Below, one piece after another: positions 9,101-20,344 of a DNA stretch of 64,000 nucleotides. A program made the position numbers and the translations under genes. Source of the stretch: Gammaproteobacteria bacterium (GTDB taxonomy: Bacteria > Pseudomonadota > Gammaproteobacteria > Steroidobacterales > Steroidobacteraceae); assembly GCA_043744295.1 (NCBI GenBank), contig JAYTUZ010000161.1, forward strand, positions 34,199-98,198, written 5' to 3'. Position 1 is the stretch's first letter, and the number at the start of each line of letters is the position of its first letter. The notes below the pieces were generated by a model, which made no database searches, was not told where the DNA came from, and saw nothing but the letters and a program-made list of their open reading frames with translations.

Positions 9101-11934
9101 GAGTAGGCATTGGACTGATACAAAGACACTGCGATCTTCTGATTGGGATGAGGCTTGCCATCCAGGTCCAGGGCCAGCACGCGAAAGCGCAGCTGTTCGG
9201 CACTCGCCACCCATCCTTCGCGCCGGATGCCGAGCGTGATGGCGGAGGGGACTAGCCGCACATGCCCCGTAGCCGTCTGAATCTCGCCGTTCGGGTCGGT
9301 GTATTCGAGTTCGGCGGTCAGCTGCGCCGGGCCGGTGACGGACGGCAGTTTATTGATCGTGACACGCGTCGCGCCGGAATCATCGAGGCGTGCGGGCAGC
9401 ATCTGGGTGCGTGTCGTGGTCCGTTCCGGGTCGGCTTCAAAATCGTAGTCCGCCGGGCCGTTGCCGCTGCTCGTCACGCCCTCCTTGACCGGTTCGCCTC
9501 CAAACTCGAAGTCCGGGTAGTCCGGGTACTGCTGGATCGACGGTTCCACCAGCGTGCGCAGCTTCACGTCTAAACCCGAGGCGCCCCCGCCGGACTGATA
9601 GGCGACGTGCAAGTCCAGATCGGCGTGCTCCGGGCGGACGAGGGGGCGAGCGGAACCGGACACGCTGGCATGCATCAACGGCAGGCGAAATTGCTCGACC
9701 TTGAATTGGCCGCTGGGCCGATCGTCGATGGCGACGGTGTAGGCTCCCAGCTTGGCCTCCTCGGGAATGGACCACTGCTGCTCGCCAATGCCGTCAGCGC
9801 CGAATGGGACGGTGAAGTCATAGGTTTGGCCACTGCCCTGGTGCGCGATGACGATCTTGTGCTTGCCGCGCGACCCGTCCGGTATGGCGAGACCGTTCAT
9901 CTCGTGCCGGCGCAGGTAGTGTTTCATGGACACCATCTCGCCGGCCCGGAACAGGGTGCGATCGAACACGGTGTGGGCGATGCCGGCGGCTTCGCTCCGG
10001 GCCGTGGGGAGACTGAAGTCGTAGGGACTGATGCCCTGGTTCCAGCTCGAAACGCTAAAGCTGAAATCTCCGTCTTTGCGGGCCATCACCAGCAAGGGGT
10101 GCGCCTGATAGGCGCTGCAGTAGTTGGCGTTGTTGGGGTCACCGAAACTTTGTTCAACGGCCGCCAGGCCGTGCACATCGGTGCGGCCCTCCCAGAGCTG
10201 AGTGCCCGCACAGTAGTCCGCGACCACCACCTGGGCGTCAGCTACGATGGAGCCATCGCTTAGGCGCGTGACCCAGACGCGTGAGGCCTCGCGCCCCCAT
10301 TTGAAGTGCACGGCCAGGTCCGTGACCAGTGCAGAGGTGGCGACATAGCGGGTCTCGTCGCGCCCGAGCAGCGCGGAGCCCAGAATGCGGCTGGCCATTT
10401 CGATGACGTAGAACCCAGGTTTCTTCAGCGGGATACCTACCACTTCCTCGATGCGGCGTGGCGAGGGCTTTTGTACCGAGAAGCTGGTCGTGACCTCGTT
10501 GGGCCCGAAGACGGAATGCGTTCCGGTGTCTTCGCGCCAGGCGATGCGGTTCCCGGCGCTGCCGGCGGCGGCACGCACCCAGGTGCCACTGGAAGCGTTC
10601 ACTTCATCGACGCGGCGCAGCCAGTTCGCGATGGCGCCGAGGTCACTGTCGAGGCGGAGCGATCGGGCCTCCAGCGTGGTTTGACGTGCCGCCAATGCCG
10701 GTTCGACGTTACGCAGCGTGACCGGCAGTACACCGCCTTCGCGGGATTCGAGAATTCCGAAGTTTCCCGAAAATTTGGCGAGCGGAGGATAGTCATCGAC
10801 GCGCAAGGTGACGGGAAAGCGCGTGGCATTTTCCAGTGCTCGCCCGGCATCATCGACCAACGCCTTGGGGAGGGTGACGGTGAGCGTGCTGCGCTCCGGA
10901 AAGGGACCGGCAAAACTCACACCCATCACCACAGGGACGTCGGGTGACTCCGACACGGTGGGTGCAAAGGTATGGCCATTGGTGGCGCTCATCCGAATAC
11001 CGAGAGCGGCGCCACGAGGGACCGGTGCACTGAAGTTCACCGCGATCGGCTGCAGCGGAATGCAGCCGGCACGTACATTGGCGCGCGTGCATTCCACCTG
11101 TGCCGTAAAGGCCGCGCGCACACGAAACGCCAGCTGCTGCTCGGTGTCGGTCGCGATGCCGCTGGCGGTGGCAATCCCGGCGTCCCATTTCAGCCACACC
11201 TGCGTCGCAGGCGGGAGTCGCCGCTGGCATCGCGCCACGGTCAGCAAGGCGTCCTTTTGCTCCATCGAGCGGTTGCGAACCCGCATGCTGGACGTGTCGC
11301 CGTTCTTCCAGAACAGCTGCAGGTAGTCGTAACCGAGGAGCTTGCGCTGATCCAGGAACTTCAACCGCTCTGCTCCGCTCAGCACCTCGATGGGGATCTG
11401 TTCGGCGAGCCCGTCAACAACGCAGTAGGCATGGGCTCGCACCGACTCGCTGGTGGCCGGTGCATCGAGCTTGAGCAGAAAGACCTGGTTTTCGTCCAGA
11501 TCCTGCCAGCCCTCGCGCGGGAGTGAAGCCATGATGGCGGGCCCGCCAGTGCTGAAGCCGTAGACCTGGGCGGCCGACAGATCGGTGCCGTCCAGGGCTT
11601 TGAGGCCGGGTTTAAGCGTGAATTCACAGCGCAGGCCGGCGGGCAGGTCGTCGTCGAAATCGTAGACCCAGTTACGGCCATCGGCCCAGCGGCCCTTGCC
11701 CGGCGCCGCGCAGTCGATGCGAAAGGGGTCGTCCAGCCGAGGATCGCCCAAGGCCACCATCGGTGAGGCGAAGCGCGCGGTCACCTGACGCACGCCCTTG
11801 ACCTGGCCCTGTGGGGTAAAGGATTCGATCCGGGTGGTGTGTGACGTGTCTGCGCCCTGCGCAGCCGCCGCGCCGGCGATCCAGGCCGCTGAACTCATCA
11901 GCAGCAACGTCAGCCACATTGGTCGAACACTCAT
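6160..11934 (-). CDS. Bacterial alpha-2-macroglobulin family protein (YfhM/ECAM-like), thioester type
   Basis: 1924 aa counted from ATG 11934, beginning MSVRPMWLTLLLMSSAAWIAGAAAAQG (signal peptide). CxEQ thioester-type motif is present in YSYICFEQLA. The very large size and the conserved operon pairing with pbpC support the call. The track ORF start at 12201 adds 89 non-signal residues and was rejected. Confidence 0.88.
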   Translation of the reverse strand: MSVRPMWLTLLLMSSAAWIAGAAAAQGADTSHTTRIESFTPQGQVKGVRQVTARFASPMVALGDPRLDDPFRIDCAAPGKGRWADGRNWVYDFDDDLPAGLRCEFTLKPGLKALDGTDLSAAQVYGFSTGGPAIMASLPREGWQDLDENQVFLLKLDAPATSESVRAHAYCVVDGLAEQIPIEVLSGAERLKFLDQRKLLGYDYLQLFWKNGDTSSMRVRNRSMEQKDALLTVARCQRRLPPATQVWLKWDAGIATASGIATDTEQQLAFRVRAAFTAQVECTRANVRAGCIPLQPIAVNFSAPVPRGAALGIRMSATNGHTFAPTVSESPDVPVVMGVSFAGPFPERSTLTVTLPKALVDDAGRALENATRFPVTLRVDDYPPLAKFSGNFGILESREGGVLPVTLRNVEPALAARQTTLEARSLRLDSDLGAIANWLRRVDEVNASSGTWVRAAAGSAGNRIAWREDTGTHSVFGPNEVTTSFSVQKPSPRRIEEVVGIPLKKPGFYVIEMASRILGSALLGRDETRYVATSALVTDLAVHFKWGREASRVWVTRLSDGSIVADAQVVVADYCAGTQLWEGRTDVHGLAAVEQSFGDPNNANYCSAYQAHPLLVMARKDGDFSFSVSSWNQGISPYDFSLPTARSEAAGIAHTVFDRTLFRAGEMVSMKHYLRRHEMNGLAIPDGSRGKHKIVIAHQGSGQTYDFTVPFGADGIGEQQWSIPEEAKLGAYTVAIDDRPSGQFKVEQFRLPLMHASVSGSARPLVRPEHADLDLHVAYQSGGGASGLDVKLRTLVEPSIQQYPDYPDFEFGGEPVKEGVTSSGNGPADYDFEADPERTTTRTQMLPARLDDSGATRVTINKLPSVTGPAQLTAELEYTDPNGEIQTATGHVRLVPSAITLGIRREGWVASAEQLRFRVLALDLDGKPHPNQKIAVSLYQSNAYSYRKRLIGGFYSYETTRETKRLKPGCSGITDAQGLLICEVMPGASGQIVLRAESADAQGALAGATSTIWVAGADEWWFGGTTGDRMDLLPEKKEYEAGDIARFQVRMPFRSATALVTVEREGVLSSYVTTLTGNKPVVEVPIDERYAPNVFVSVLAVRGRVAHVERGPTPIAATREITALVDLNKPAYRLGAASIKVGWRPHRLDVQVQPTLTLYKVRDRARVRIHVTTASGDALPAGTEVAVAAVDEALLDLSANSSWDLLEAMMGQRGLEVWTSTAQMQVVGKRHYGRKAVPHGGGGGRDRARELFDSLLFWKSRLTVDADGNAEVTVPLNDSLSAFRIVAVAHGGAQRFGAGSARITTTQDVMLLSGLPPLVREGDQYAALFTVRNTTHAPLAITVQATVSPRIDHALAPQHVTIAAGEARDLVWNVAAPVGSPKVSWDVTATVDHGTARDRLKVTETVIPAYPIRTYQATIAQLTSPLSMPAEQPRGSLPGRGGLEVTLQATLGGHLDGVHEFMSQYSYICFEQLASRAVALRERGAWDALMSRMPAYLDEDGLLKYFPTDRLQGDDTLTAYILTLADEAGWTIPDADRQRLTVALSRFVEGRIQRHSALPTADLTIRKLAAIDALSRYQLAQPSMLDSVTIEPNLWPTSALLDWLEILRRVPGMADAEGKTRQALGILRARLNFQGTTMGFSTERSDALWWLMISVDSNANRMLMTVLNEPEWREDIPRLVRGALNRQQFGHWNTTVANAWGVLAMEKFSAAFEKVAVTGASGIRYGTENRSVAWPQPQDAAALSMPWATSHTNLTLCHTGSGAPWAMVRATAALPLDRPLSTGFKFLRTVTAVEQKTAGVWTRGDVARVHLELDAQSDMSWVVVDDPISAGATILGSGIGGQSALLQRDDHSTGAAWLAFDERRFDGYRAYYRFVPKGHWTLEYTVRLNNPGTFLLPATRVEAMYAPEMFGEAPNATVTVRPAR

Positions 11935-12257
11935 GGAAGTTCTCAATAGGTCGCGCGGAGTTCCATTATGAGACTTGCAGGTCTGAGTTGGTCCCAGTTT
12001 CGTTGACACCTGGTCAAGATCGGTCGGCTCAATCCGCATCCGCAGGAGCGGTGCCTCATGCGCCGATGTCTTCCGACACAGTGTCGATGAATCGCTGGTC
12101 GGCCGCGGCAAACGTGCTGGCGGCAACCGACTTCGATTGGGCGCCGGCTTCCGGCGTGAATTTCTGGCAAACTCGCGATAAGCCGGGGCGCAGCAGCGCA
12201 CCTGCTTCGCCCAATCCGGTGATGGGGCCGGATAACTTCGCTCGTCAGAGGTGAACC

Positions 12258-13775
12258 ATGAGCGCCGTCACTGCATTCAAACAATTGAGCAGCCACCACC
12301 GCATCGCCGGCGAGCTGCGCCGCGCAATCGGGAGCAACAGCCTCCCGGTCATCGACCCGGCCACCGAGGAGCCTATTGGCGAGATCGTCGATGCCACGGC
12401 GGCCGAGCTCGAGGCCGCGGTGGGGGCCGCCAATACGGCGCAACGCGGCTGGTCGAAGGTCAACTATCACCGCCGTGCCGAGCTGCTGCATGAGGTCGCG
12501 CGACGCATCATGGCGGCGCGACCTCTGGTCGCCGAGATGATGACCCGCGAGATGGGCAAGCCTTATAAGGAGTCCGCCGACGAGACTTCCTGGTCGGCGA
12601 GCGCTGTCGACTACTACGCGGAGGTCGCCCGTCATGACAACGGCCGCGTGCTCGGCCCGACGGTCGACGGCCAGCTTCACTTCACGACCAAGGACCCATT
12701 GGGCGTCGTCGTGATCATCCTGCCCTTCAACTATCCGCTGTGCCTGCTGTGCTGGCAGGCGGCGGCGGCCCTCGCGAGCGGCAATGCGGTCATCATCAAG
12801 CCGTCCGAGCAGACGACGCTGACGACCCTGCAGTTCATCGCGGCGTTCGATGTGTTGCCGCCGGGCCTCGTACAGGTCCTGGCGGGCGGGGGCCCGGTGG
12901 GGCGCGGCCTGGTGGAGCACCCGGGCACTGACATGGTTGCCTTTACCGGCGGCATCGAGACCGGGCGCGTGGTGGCCGAGGCCTGCGGGCGACTCTACAA
13001 GCGCGCTCTGATCGAAACCTCGGGTAACGATCCGTACATCGTCATGCCCTCGGCGCCGATAGAGGTCGCGGCCCGCGGCGCCGCGTTCGGTGCCTTCCTG
13101 AACTGCGGCCAGGTGTGCGCGGCGGCGGAGCGGTTCTACGTCCACGAGAGCGTTCATGACCAGTTCGTCGAGCGCCTCGTGCACTACGCGCGGCAGGTGC
13201 GCATCGGCAACGGGCTTGACCACGTTGACATGGGTCCGCTCGCCTCAAAGCGCGAGCTGGATCGATATCTGCGCGTGCTCGAGCTCGCCAGGTCCGAGGG
13301 CGCGAAGGTTCTGAGCGGTGGCGGGCGGCCCGCTGGCCTGAGGAAGGGCTGGTTCGTGGACGCGACCGTGCTCGGGCAGGTGTCCTCTGCGGCCGCGATC
13401 ATGAATAATGAAAGCTTCGGCCCGGTTGCCCCGGTCTGCCGGGTGCGGAATTTCGAAGAGGCGCTCGAACTCGCCAACCGCTCGCGCTACGGGCTCGGCG
13501 CGACGATCTATACGAGGGACCTCGACGAATCCATGCGCGCCGTCAACGAACTGCAGGCCGGCATGGTGTGGGTGAACGCGCCCCTGCTCGACAATGACGC
13601 GGGGCCGTTCGGCGGGCGCAAGCAATCCGGCATGGGACGGCAGCTGGGCGCCGAGGGCCTCGATACCTTCCGCCATACCAAGCTTGCGATGATCGATCCG
13701 GCCGCGAATCCGCACGACTTCTGGTGGTTCCCGTACGCCGATGGCGAAGCATTCCCGGGCAAGCGGCGTGAGTGA
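12258..13775 (+). CDS. NAD(P)-dependent aldehyde dehydrogenase family protein
   Basis: 505 aa with ALDH motifs FTGGIETGRVV, catalytic Glu context ALIETSGND and catalytic Cys context FLNCGQVCAAAERF. RBS AGAGGTGA precedes the ATG. Confidence 0.9.
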   Translation: MSAVTAFKQLSSHHRIAGELRRAIGSNSLPVIDPATEEPIGEIVDATAAELEAAVGAANTAQRGWSKVNYHRRAELLHEVARRIMAARPLVAEMMTREMGKPYKESADETSWSASAVDYYAEVARHDNGRVLGPTVDGQLHFTTKDPLGVVVIILPFNYPLCLLCWQAAAALASGNAVIIKPSEQTTLTTLQFIAAFDVLPPGLVQVLAGGGPVGRGLVEHPGTDMVAFTGGIETGRVVAEACGRLYKRALIETSGNDPYIVMPSAPIEVAARGAAFGAFLNCGQVCAAAERFYVHESVHDQFVERLVHYARQVRIGNGLDHVDMGPLASKRELDRYLRVLELARSEGAKVLSGGGRPAGLRKGWFVDATVLGQVSSAAAIMNNESFGPVAPVCRVRNFEEALELANRSRYGLGATIYTRDLDESMRAVNELQAGMVWVNAPLLDNDAGPFGGRKQSGMGRQLGAEGLDTFRHTKLAMIDPAANPHDFWWFPYADGEAFPGKRRE

Positions 13776-13956
13776 TTCCCTCATCCGCTCCGGCCGGACG
13801 GTGGCTGCCGATCTGGCGCCGGATCTTGAGGCGCGGCTCGCGGCGGTCGAGGCGCACGGGGACGGCGCAGATTTCGACCGCGCCAGCTGGGTGTGGATGC
13901 TGCTCCTCGGCGTGGTGCTCCCGGCGGTGCTGCTGGCGTTGGGCTGGTGGCTATGA
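13741..13956 (+). CDS. Small single-pass membrane protein (62-71 aa), translationally coupled between the ALDH and the NCS1 permease
   Basis: Start is ATG 13741 or in-frame GTG 13768, both overlapping the ALDH 3' end (stop at 13773-13775). Its TGA overlaps the permease ATG (ATGA at 13953-13956). Third positions are strongly G/C-rich. C-terminal TM helix: WVWMLLLGVVLPAVLLALGWWL. Confidence 0.55.
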   Translation: MAKHSRASGVSDSLIRSGRTVAADLAPDLEARLAAVEAHGDGADFDRASWVWMLLLGVVLPAVLLALGWWL

Positions 13957-15335
13957 CCGGAGTGTCGCGCGCCCCGGCTGACGAGACCGCGTGGCCACTG
14001 TTGCCAGCCGAACGGACCTGGAGCCCGCTGCGCCTCGCGGTGACGCTGGTGACGGCATCGGCGGCGACGTGGTGTTATCTCATCGGCGAGTCAGTCGGCC
14101 AGTACCTCGGCTTCGTGCAAGGGGCGCTGGCGCTGACCGCCGGCTGCATGATCGGAATGCTGCTGGTGCTGCTGGCCGCGGGCCCGGCGTCGGCCCGCTT
14201 CGGGATCGACTCGATCGCCGGCACCAAGCCGCAATTTGGCGCGCGCGGCTGGGTCGTGCCGGCGGCGCTGCAGGCGGTCTCGATCATCGGCTGGAACTCG
14301 CTGCTGATCATCTTCTTTGCAAAATCTGCCACGCAGCTCGCCATCGTCCTCGGCCTGGTGTCGGCCGGCTCGGTCAGCGCCACGCTCGTGCCGCTGCTGA
14401 CGCTGCTTGCCTGCGGCATCATCTTCGTCGTCCTGCGGCGCGGCGCGCGCGGAGTCTCAGCAGTGTCGAACGTGCTCGTCGCGCACGTATTCGTCGGGCT
14501 GTGGATGCTCTACCTGCTGGTGTCGCGTCGCTGGCCCGAACTCATCTCGGCTCACCCCGCAGCTGCGAGCCCGGACCGGCTCTGGAACTACACGACCGGG
14601 GTCGAGCTCGGCATCGCGACGACACTGTCCTGGTGGCCATACATCGGAGCGATGATCCGGATGGCTCCGAGTGGGCGCGCAGTCGTGCTGCCGGTCATGC
14701 TCGGCATGGGGCTGCCGGTGCCGCTGTTGAGCCTGATCGGCCTCGCGGGCGTGCTGGTACTCAAGTCGTCCGACCCGTCGCAATGGCTGCGCACGGTCGG
14801 CGGCCCGACCTACGCCCTTATCTCGCTGGCGTTTGTGGCGGCGGCCAATTTCGGCACTGCGATCGCCGGCATCTATGCCTCGACCATCGGGCTGCGGAAC
14901 TTCACGAAGCTGGAAGGGCGATCCTGGACAACGCTGCTGGCAATGACGATCGCACCGGTGGCCCTGGTCGGGATGTTCATTCCGGAGCTGTTCTTCGCCA
15001 AATTCGGCAGCTTCCTGGCGCTCATCGGCGTCGTTTTCGCCCCGCTCTGCGGCATCCAGATCGCCGACTACTATCTGCTGCGCCGGCGCCGGATCGAGGT
15101 GCGCGCGCTGTACCTCGATGGTCCCGGCGCGCCATATTACTATTGGTATGGCGTCAACCCGGTCGCACTGGTCGCGCTCGCGGCCGGGTGCCTGGCCTAC
15201 GTCGCGCTCCTCAATCCGCTCACCTATGCGTCCTTCGGGCCCTACCGGTACCTGACCGCCTCGCTCCCGTCGACCCTGGTCGCGGCGCTCGTCTACCTGG
15301 CCGCCAGCCGAATGCGGGAGCGCTTTGTTGGCTGA
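13953..15335 (+). CDS. NCS1 family permease (cytosine/purine/uracil/thiamine/allantoin-type transporter)
   Basis: About 460 aa and polytopic, with roughly 12 hydrophobic segments. NCS1-like N-terminus LLPAERTWSPLRLAVTLVTASAATWCYLIGE. Start chosen at the ATG coupled to the upstream small ORF; the track ORF starts at 13893. Confidence 0.85.
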   Translation: MTGVSRAPADETAWPLLPAERTWSPLRLAVTLVTASAATWCYLIGESVGQYLGFVQGALALTAGCMIGMLLVLLAAGPASARFGIDSIAGTKPQFGARGWVVPAALQAVSIIGWNSLLIIFFAKSATQLAIVLGLVSAGSVSATLVPLLTLLACGIIFVVLRRGARGVSAVSNVLVAHVFVGLWMLYLLVSRRWPELISAHPAAASPDRLWNYTTGVELGIATTLSWWPYIGAMIRMAPSGRAVVLPVMLGMGLPVPLLSLIGLAGVLVLKSSDPSQWLRTVGGPTYALISLAFVAAANFGTAIAGIYASTIGLRNFTKLEGRSWTTLLAMTIAPVALVGMFIPELFFAKFGSFLALIGVVFAPLCGIQIADYYLLRRRRIEVRALYLDGPGAPYYYWYGVNPVALVALAAGCLAYVALLNPLTYASFGPYRYLTASLPSTLVAALVYLAASRMRERFVG

Positions 15336-17802
15336 TACCACGAACCCTGAGTCCAACGCCGCGCTTCCGGCTCGCGCCCGGGTCGTCATCGTCGGTGGCG
15401 GCGTCATCGGCTGCTCGATTGCCTATCACCTCGCCAGGCTCGGCTGGCGCGACGTGGTTCTGCTCGAGCGCAAGCGGCTGACCTCGGGCACGACCTGGCA
15501 CGCCGCGGGCCTGCTGACCACGCTGCGCGACACCGAGACGCAGACCAGGCTGGCGAAGTACACGCAGGACCTTTATCGCAAGCTCGAAGCGGAGACCGGA
15601 CAGGCCACGGGGCTGATCGACTGCGGTTCGATCCAGCTCGCGATGACCGCCGACAAGGCCGAGGAGATGCGCCGCGGCTTCCACATGGCGGCAAGCTTCG
15701 GGGTCGAGGCCCACGAGATCAGTGCCGCCGAGGTCCAGACTCTCTGGCCGCTGGCCGATGTCAGCGATCTCGAAGCGGCTTTCTATTTCCCGAACGATGC
15801 CCGCGTCAACCCGACCGACGTCACGCAGGCGCTCGCGAGGGGTGCGCGTCAGGGCGGCGTGCGGATCTTCGAGAACACGCCGGTGACGGACATTCAGAGT
15901 GCCGACGGACGCGTGACCGGCGTGCGTACGCCAAGCGGCGACATCGAGGCCGAGTACGTGGTCAACTGCGCCGGGATGTGGGCGCGCTCGGTCGGGCGGC
16001 TGGCCGGCGTCAACGTGCCGCTGCAGGCTGCCGAGCATTACTACCTGATCTCGGAGCCAATCGCGGGCGTGCACCCGAAGCTGCCGATCCTGCGCGATCC
16101 GGGCCGCTCGGCCTACATCCGCGAGGAGGCCGGCAAGCTCATGGTGGGCCTGTTCGAGCGTGAGGCGCGGCCGTGGGCCCGGGACGGCATTCCGGAGGAT
16201 TTCAGCTTCGCTGACATCCCGCCGGACTGGGACCGGATGTACCCGCACATCGAGTACGCGATGCGCCGCGTGCCCTGCCTGCTCGAGAAGGGCATCAAAC
16301 TGCTGTTCTGCGGGCCGGAGTCCTTCACGCCGGATCACAACTACCTGATGGGGGAGGCGCCCCACCTCAGAAACTTCTTCGTCGCCGCCGGCTTCAACTC
16401 GCTCGGCATTCTCTCTGGCGGCGGCGTCGGCCACGTCATGGCCCGCTGGATCGTCGATGGCCATCCGCCGATGGACGTCTGGTCGGTGAACCTGCGGCGC
16501 ACGCACGCCTGGCAGGACAACGACCGCTTCCTGCTCGATCGCACCGTGGAGGCGCTCGGCATCGGCTACCAGGATCACTGGCCGTTCCGGCAGTGGGAGA
16601 CGGCGCGCGGCGTCAAGAAGAGCATCCTGCACGAGCGGCTCGCCGCGGCCGGCGCCTGCTTCGGCGAGGCGGCCGGCTGGGAGCGGCCGAACTGGTACGC
16701 GCGGCCCGGGCAGGAGCCCGTCTACGCCTACGGCTGGGGCCGGCAAAACTGGTTCGCGAACAATGCCGAGGAACATCGCGCGGTGCGCGAGCGCGCCGGC
16801 GTTTTCGAGCAGTCCTCGTTCACGAAGTTGCTGGTTCAGGGGCGTGACGCGGTCACGGTGCTGAACCGGGTGGCCACGGCCGAGGTCGACGTGCCGGTCG
16901 GGCGCTGCGTCTACACGCAGTTCCTCAACCAGCGCGGTGGCATCGAGGCGGACCTGACGGTGACGCGCCTCGCAGCGGATCAGTTCCTGGTGTTGACCGC
17001 GGCGTTCACCCAGACCCATGTCGAGGCGTGGATCCGCAGCCACACGCCGCCCGATTCGAACTGCGTCCTCACCGACGTCTCCGACGCCTACGCCATGCTC
17101 AACGTCCAGGGTCCGGCGGCGCGCGGCCTGCTCGCATCGCTGTCGCCGGACGATTTCTCGAACGCGGGCTTTCCGTTCGCGACCTGCCGCAAGATCCGCA
17201 TCGGCTACCAGACCGTGCTGGCGCTGCGCCTCACCTACGTCGGCGAACTCGGCTGGGAACTGTACATCCCCACGCCGTTCGCGCTCCAGGTGTACGACGC
17301 ACTGGTCGCTGCCGGCAAGACCCACGGCCTGCAGCACTGCGGGTACCACACGCTCAATTCATTGCGCCTCGAGAAGGCCTACCGCGACTGGTCGCACGAC
17401 ATTGGGCCGGACGATACGCCGCTCGAGGCCGGCCTCGCGTTCACGTGCGCCTGGGACAAGAGCGGTGGATTCATCGGCCGGGAGCCGCTGCTCGCGAAAC
17501 GCGACGCCGGAGTACCGCGCCGGCGGCTCGTGCAGTTTCTGCTTGAGGATCCCGAGCCGCTCGTCTATCACAACGAGCCGATCCATCGCGATGGCGAACG
17601 CGTCGGCTACGTCACCTCCGGCATGTTCGGGCACACGCTGGGCGCCGCGGTCGCCATGGGCTATGTCGCTCATCCCGACGGGGTGGCGCCGGAATTCGTC
17701 AGCGGCGGCGTCTTCGAGATCGAGCTGGCCGAGCGGCGCGTCCGGGCGCGTGCCTCGCTCACGCCGCTCTACGATCCCAAGAACTTGCGGGTGCGCTGTT
17801 AA
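15325..17802 (+). CDS. FAD-dependent oxidoreductase fused to a GcvT-type folate-binding domain (dimethylglycine/sarcosine dehydrogenase family)
   Basis: N-terminal dinucleotide fold VVIVGGGVIGCSIAYHLARLG (DAO family) plus a C-terminal aminomethyltransferase-like domain of about 400 aa (GYHTLNSLRLEKAYRDW, GGFIGRE). Only TTG codons (15325, 15328) precede the FAD motif. GGGAG RBS at 15316-15320. The start overlaps the permease stop. Confidence 0.88.
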   Translation: MLADTTNPESNAALPARARVVIVGGGVIGCSIAYHLARLGWRDVVLLERKRLTSGTTWHAAGLLTTLRDTETQTRLAKYTQDLYRKLEAETGQATGLIDCGSIQLAMTADKAEEMRRGFHMAASFGVEAHEISAAEVQTLWPLADVSDLEAAFYFPNDARVNPTDVTQALARGARQGGVRIFENTPVTDIQSADGRVTGVRTPSGDIEAEYVVNCAGMWARSVGRLAGVNVPLQAAEHYYLISEPIAGVHPKLPILRDPGRSAYIREEAGKLMVGLFEREARPWARDGIPEDFSFADIPPDWDRMYPHIEYAMRRVPCLLEKGIKLLFCGPESFTPDHNYLMGEAPHLRNFFVAAGFNSLGILSGGGVGHVMARWIVDGHPPMDVWSVNLRRTHAWQDNDRFLLDRTVEALGIGYQDHWPFRQWETARGVKKSILHERLAAAGACFGEAAGWERPNWYARPGQEPVYAYGWGRQNWFANNAEEHRAVRERAGVFEQSSFTKLLVQGRDAVTVLNRVATAEVDVPVGRCVYTQFLNQRGGIEADLTVTRLAADQFLVLTAAFTQTHVEAWIRSHTPPDSNCVLTDVSDAYAMLNVQGPAARGLLASLSPDDFSNAGFPFATCRKIRIGYQTVLALRLTYVGELGWELYIPTPFALQVYDALVAAGKTHGLQHCGYHTLNSLRLEKAYRDWSHDIGPDDTPLEAGLAFTCAWDKSGGFIGREPLLAKRDAGVPRRRLVQFLLEDPEPLVYHNEPIHRDGERVGYVTSGMFGHTLGAAVAMGYVAHPDGVAPEFVSGGVFEIELAERRVRARASLTPLYDPKNLRVRC

Positions 17803-17853
17803 CTGCGGGCGCCGCAAGTCGTACAATCCCCATCCGTTGCCAGGAGTACCCAA

Positions 17854-20253
<2,400 letters not shown>

Positions 20254-20344
20254 CGCGCGCGCGGGAGCGAATTGGCCGGACCCGGGAGTTCGCTTTGGAG
20301 CGGCTTTCGAGGCGCCGTGGCATCATCGCTTCCATCGGCAAAAT

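Noticed and set aside
11935-12201. 89-codon N-terminal extension of the alpha-2-macroglobulin ORF (track start 12201)
   Set aside because: The extension is Arg/Pro-rich and places the obvious signal peptide (MSVRPMWLTLLL...) internally. ATG 11934 gives a normal secretory N-terminus.
12066-12254. 62-codon ORF ending 3 nt before the ALDH start (possible leader peptide or small protein)
   Set aside because: It has only moderate third-position GC, no RBS that I can see, no hydrophobic or recognisable features, and it lies in a divergent promoter region. It could be rechecked by conservation analysis, but it is not supportable from sequence alone.
11943-13223. 426-aa ORF on the minus strand
   Set aside because: It is antisense to the aldehyde dehydrogenase gene at 12258-13775, which has intact ALDH catalytic motifs.
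15220-17349. 709-aa ORF on the minus strand
   Set aside because: It is entirely antisense to the well-supported FAD/GcvT fusion gene. The product is Arg/Ala/Gly/Pro-rich low complexity without motifs. This is the typical stop-codon-poor antisense frame of high-GC DNA.
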